From IMG/VR virus record IMGVR_UViG_3300042807_000094: 64,000 nt of DNA. One strand, written 5' to 3'. Below, piece after piece: positions 62,492 to 64,000 of the stretch. Position 1 is the stretch's first letter. The number at the start of each line of letters is the position of its first letter. Position numbers and translations under genes: made by a program. This DNA is from a virus. Under the pieces are notes generated by a model. That model saw nothing but the letters and a program-made list of their open reading frames with translations. It searched no databases and was not told the origin of the DNA.

Positions 62492-64000
62492 TTATGTCGT
62501 GCTGCCTTGACCAGAAGGATTGTTGTTCATTCCCTTTGGTCCACAGAGATTTGTTGGATCTACTATTCTGACAGTTGGGTTGATATTTATATCCAACATT
62601 CTTCCTGTATCCAAAGAAGTAAACCTTATCTTAAATCTCTTATCCCAAATAGAGTTCTCAGCAGCACTAGAAAGTTTCAAGTTTCGAACAGCATCAGCAG
62701 CAGAAGTATATCCGAGTTCTTCGACCATTTCTGTTGAAATACTGAGAATATCAGTTTGCGATCTAGCAGGAGTTAGAAGCATTAATCTTCTCATTTCCGC
62801 TTTATCAGTAAGTACTTTCGGCTTCAAGAAATCTACTGTTCTAATGACGGGGAAGATTGCTCCACCGTTATTTATCATCTCAACTTCAAATACCTTTGAT
62901 GGATTTGAGATGTTGTCGTTGATATCGATAGTTCTAAAAATGTAATAGTATTTCTTGTTTGGCATAAATGAATGTTCTTGCGAGATTGCATTCGAATAGG
63001 CTTTAATATCTACATCTCTGAATACTGATCTGTTTCTAAACCTATCAAAACCATCGCGATAGTTTTGGAAAGTGTACATCTCTGCGAGAGCAAAATCTTT
63101 ATACGTTGTTGGATGGAAGTCAATCCTGAAGGCTTCGTAATATTGAACATCAGGATCTCCTTCGAAATCGAACAATGCATCTGTTGAAATACCTCTAGAA
63201 CTTGCAAGCCTTGAAAGATAGTCCTCGTCTTCCATAGTGATCGGAACAAACTTGGTAGTATACTTACCGGCTGTAGTGTTCAAGTTTATTAAAAGGGTAT
63301 TATCAACATCTTTATAAGGAATGAACTGTACGTCTGGAGGGGTAGGAAGTTCTGCTACTGCTCTGCCAGAAGCATAGAAGTAAGGGACTTCATAGATCAT
63401 TGGCTTTGTAACAACATTAGCCAAGAACGAAATGCTACACCTATCTGGTCTTTCCTCTTTACATTCACATGTAATGTTAATCTTTGAGTCTGGTGATGAT
63501 AGTGGATATTTATTCGGATCGCAGCTTACATTCTTTGATTCGAACTGTATCACGCTGCTAAAAAGCACAGAGTTAGCACTATAATCTGGTGTTATAGCAA
63601 ATGAGTTGTTTTGTGTGGAAACACTAGCCAATCTGCCCAGCTTGTTACTAAGCCTATTCATCAGTCTGCTATAAACTGACGCGATTCTTGGGAACTGCCC
63701 ATTGGAGTTAAGTAGCGATAGTAGTACTGCAAAATCGCCACCATCAAATCCCATTATTTTGGTTCTATCTTGAGGATTTCTTTCTTTAGCTTGATCAAAG
63801 AAATCATCGATTACTGCTTTGACCTCACCAGAGTTTGGATCTACAGATATTTGATTATTGTTGTATAGGATGTTTAATGTATCTTCGAATATTCTTTCGA
63901 TCTCATTAAGCTCTCTAACTGTTAGATTCTCAATCTCGTAGTTGGTACCAGAGATATTATTTATTAAGTTCTCTACTTTTTCGGTTAGTTCATCAGCAGC
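62492..64000 (-). CDS. Partial hypothetical protein (frame open to the window end; N-terminus outside window)
   Basis: No stop in frame between 63754 and 64000. Confidence 0.65.
   Translation of the reverse strand, partial: AADELTEKVENLINNISGTNYEIENLTVRELNEIERIFEDTLNILYNNNQISVDPNSGEVKAVIDDFFDQAKERNPQDRTKIMGFDGGDFAVLLSLLNSNGQFPRIASVYSRLMNRLSNKLGRLASVSTQNNSFAITPDYSANSVLFSSVIQFESKNVSCDPNKYPLSSPDSKINITCECKEERPDRCSISFLANVVTKPMIYEVPYFYASGRAVAELPTPPDVQFIPYKDVDNTLLINLNTTAGKYTTKFVPITMEDEDYLSRLASSRGISTDALFDFEGDPDVQYYEAFRIDFHPTTYKDFALAEMYTFQNYRDGFDRFRNRSVFRDVDIKAYSNAISQEHSFMPNKKYYYIFRTIDINDNISNPSKVFEVEMINNGGAIFPVIRTVDFLKPKVLTDKAEMRRLMLLTPARSQTDILSISTEMVEELGYTSAADAVRNLKLSSAAENSIWDKRFKIRFTSLDTGRMLDININPTVRIVDPTNLCGPKGMNNNPSGQGSTT

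Noticed and set aside
275-63000. Numerous plus-strand ORFs of 60-200 aa in the ORF track (e.g. 19110-19652, 41990-42583, 48666-49043)
   Set aside because: All lie antisense to well-supported minus-strand genes, lack RBS or motifs, and mirror codon bias or low complexity of the real gene.
1-64000. Stop-codon reassignment (alternative genetic code), common in some large phages
   Set aside because: Conserved genes are full length in code 11, and TAG (dnaE, recA), TGA and TAA all occur as terminal stops.
1-64000. tRNA genes, CRISPR arrays, diversity-generating retroelement
   Set aside because: No cloverleaf/T-loop signature, spaced direct repeats or reverse transcriptase motifs were seen. Intergenic gaps are short and explained by promoters and terminators. 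tRNAscan and CRISPR finders were not run.

Overview
64 kb segment of a large T4-like (probably jumbo) tailed phage genome. Every convincing gene is on the minus strand. In genome order the window holds: (1-24 kb) nucleotide metabolism, repair and a bacterial-style replisome (IMPDH/GMPR-like, dUTPase, UvsE, DnaE-type Pol III alpha, glutaredoxin, ThyX, GroES-like, Dps-like, class II RNR, DnaB-like helicase, 5'-3' exonuclease, deaminase, RecA, gp32-like SSB, divergent tubulin/FtsZ, minimal family A polymerase); (24-52 kb) endolysin, baseplate, tape measure, tail chaperone, tube, sheath, neck, major capsid, scaffold, ribosomal protein bS21, prohead protease, portal, large terminase; (52-64 kb) holin/spanin-like genes, a fused SbcD-SbcC, primase, RuvC-like resolvase and further structural genes. 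The standout locus is a fractured nrdJ gene: its two halves carry a naturally split intein at the active-site NPC|CEI motif and are separated by an AT-rich free-standing PD-(D/E)XK endonuclease gene whose ribosome-binding site lies in a 14-bp hairpin with a putative late promoter in the loop. Also notable: a recurrent ACTA(T/C)TTA putative late-promoter motif, a shared MK(L/I)T..QL..II.EE N-terminal leader on several unrelated proteins (candidate capsid-targeting signal, including on a Dps-like protein), a candidate +1/-2 tail-chaperone frameshift and two small ORFs missed by the ORF track. All assignments come from motif recognition by eye; no database searches were run. No tRNA or CRISPR array was seen.
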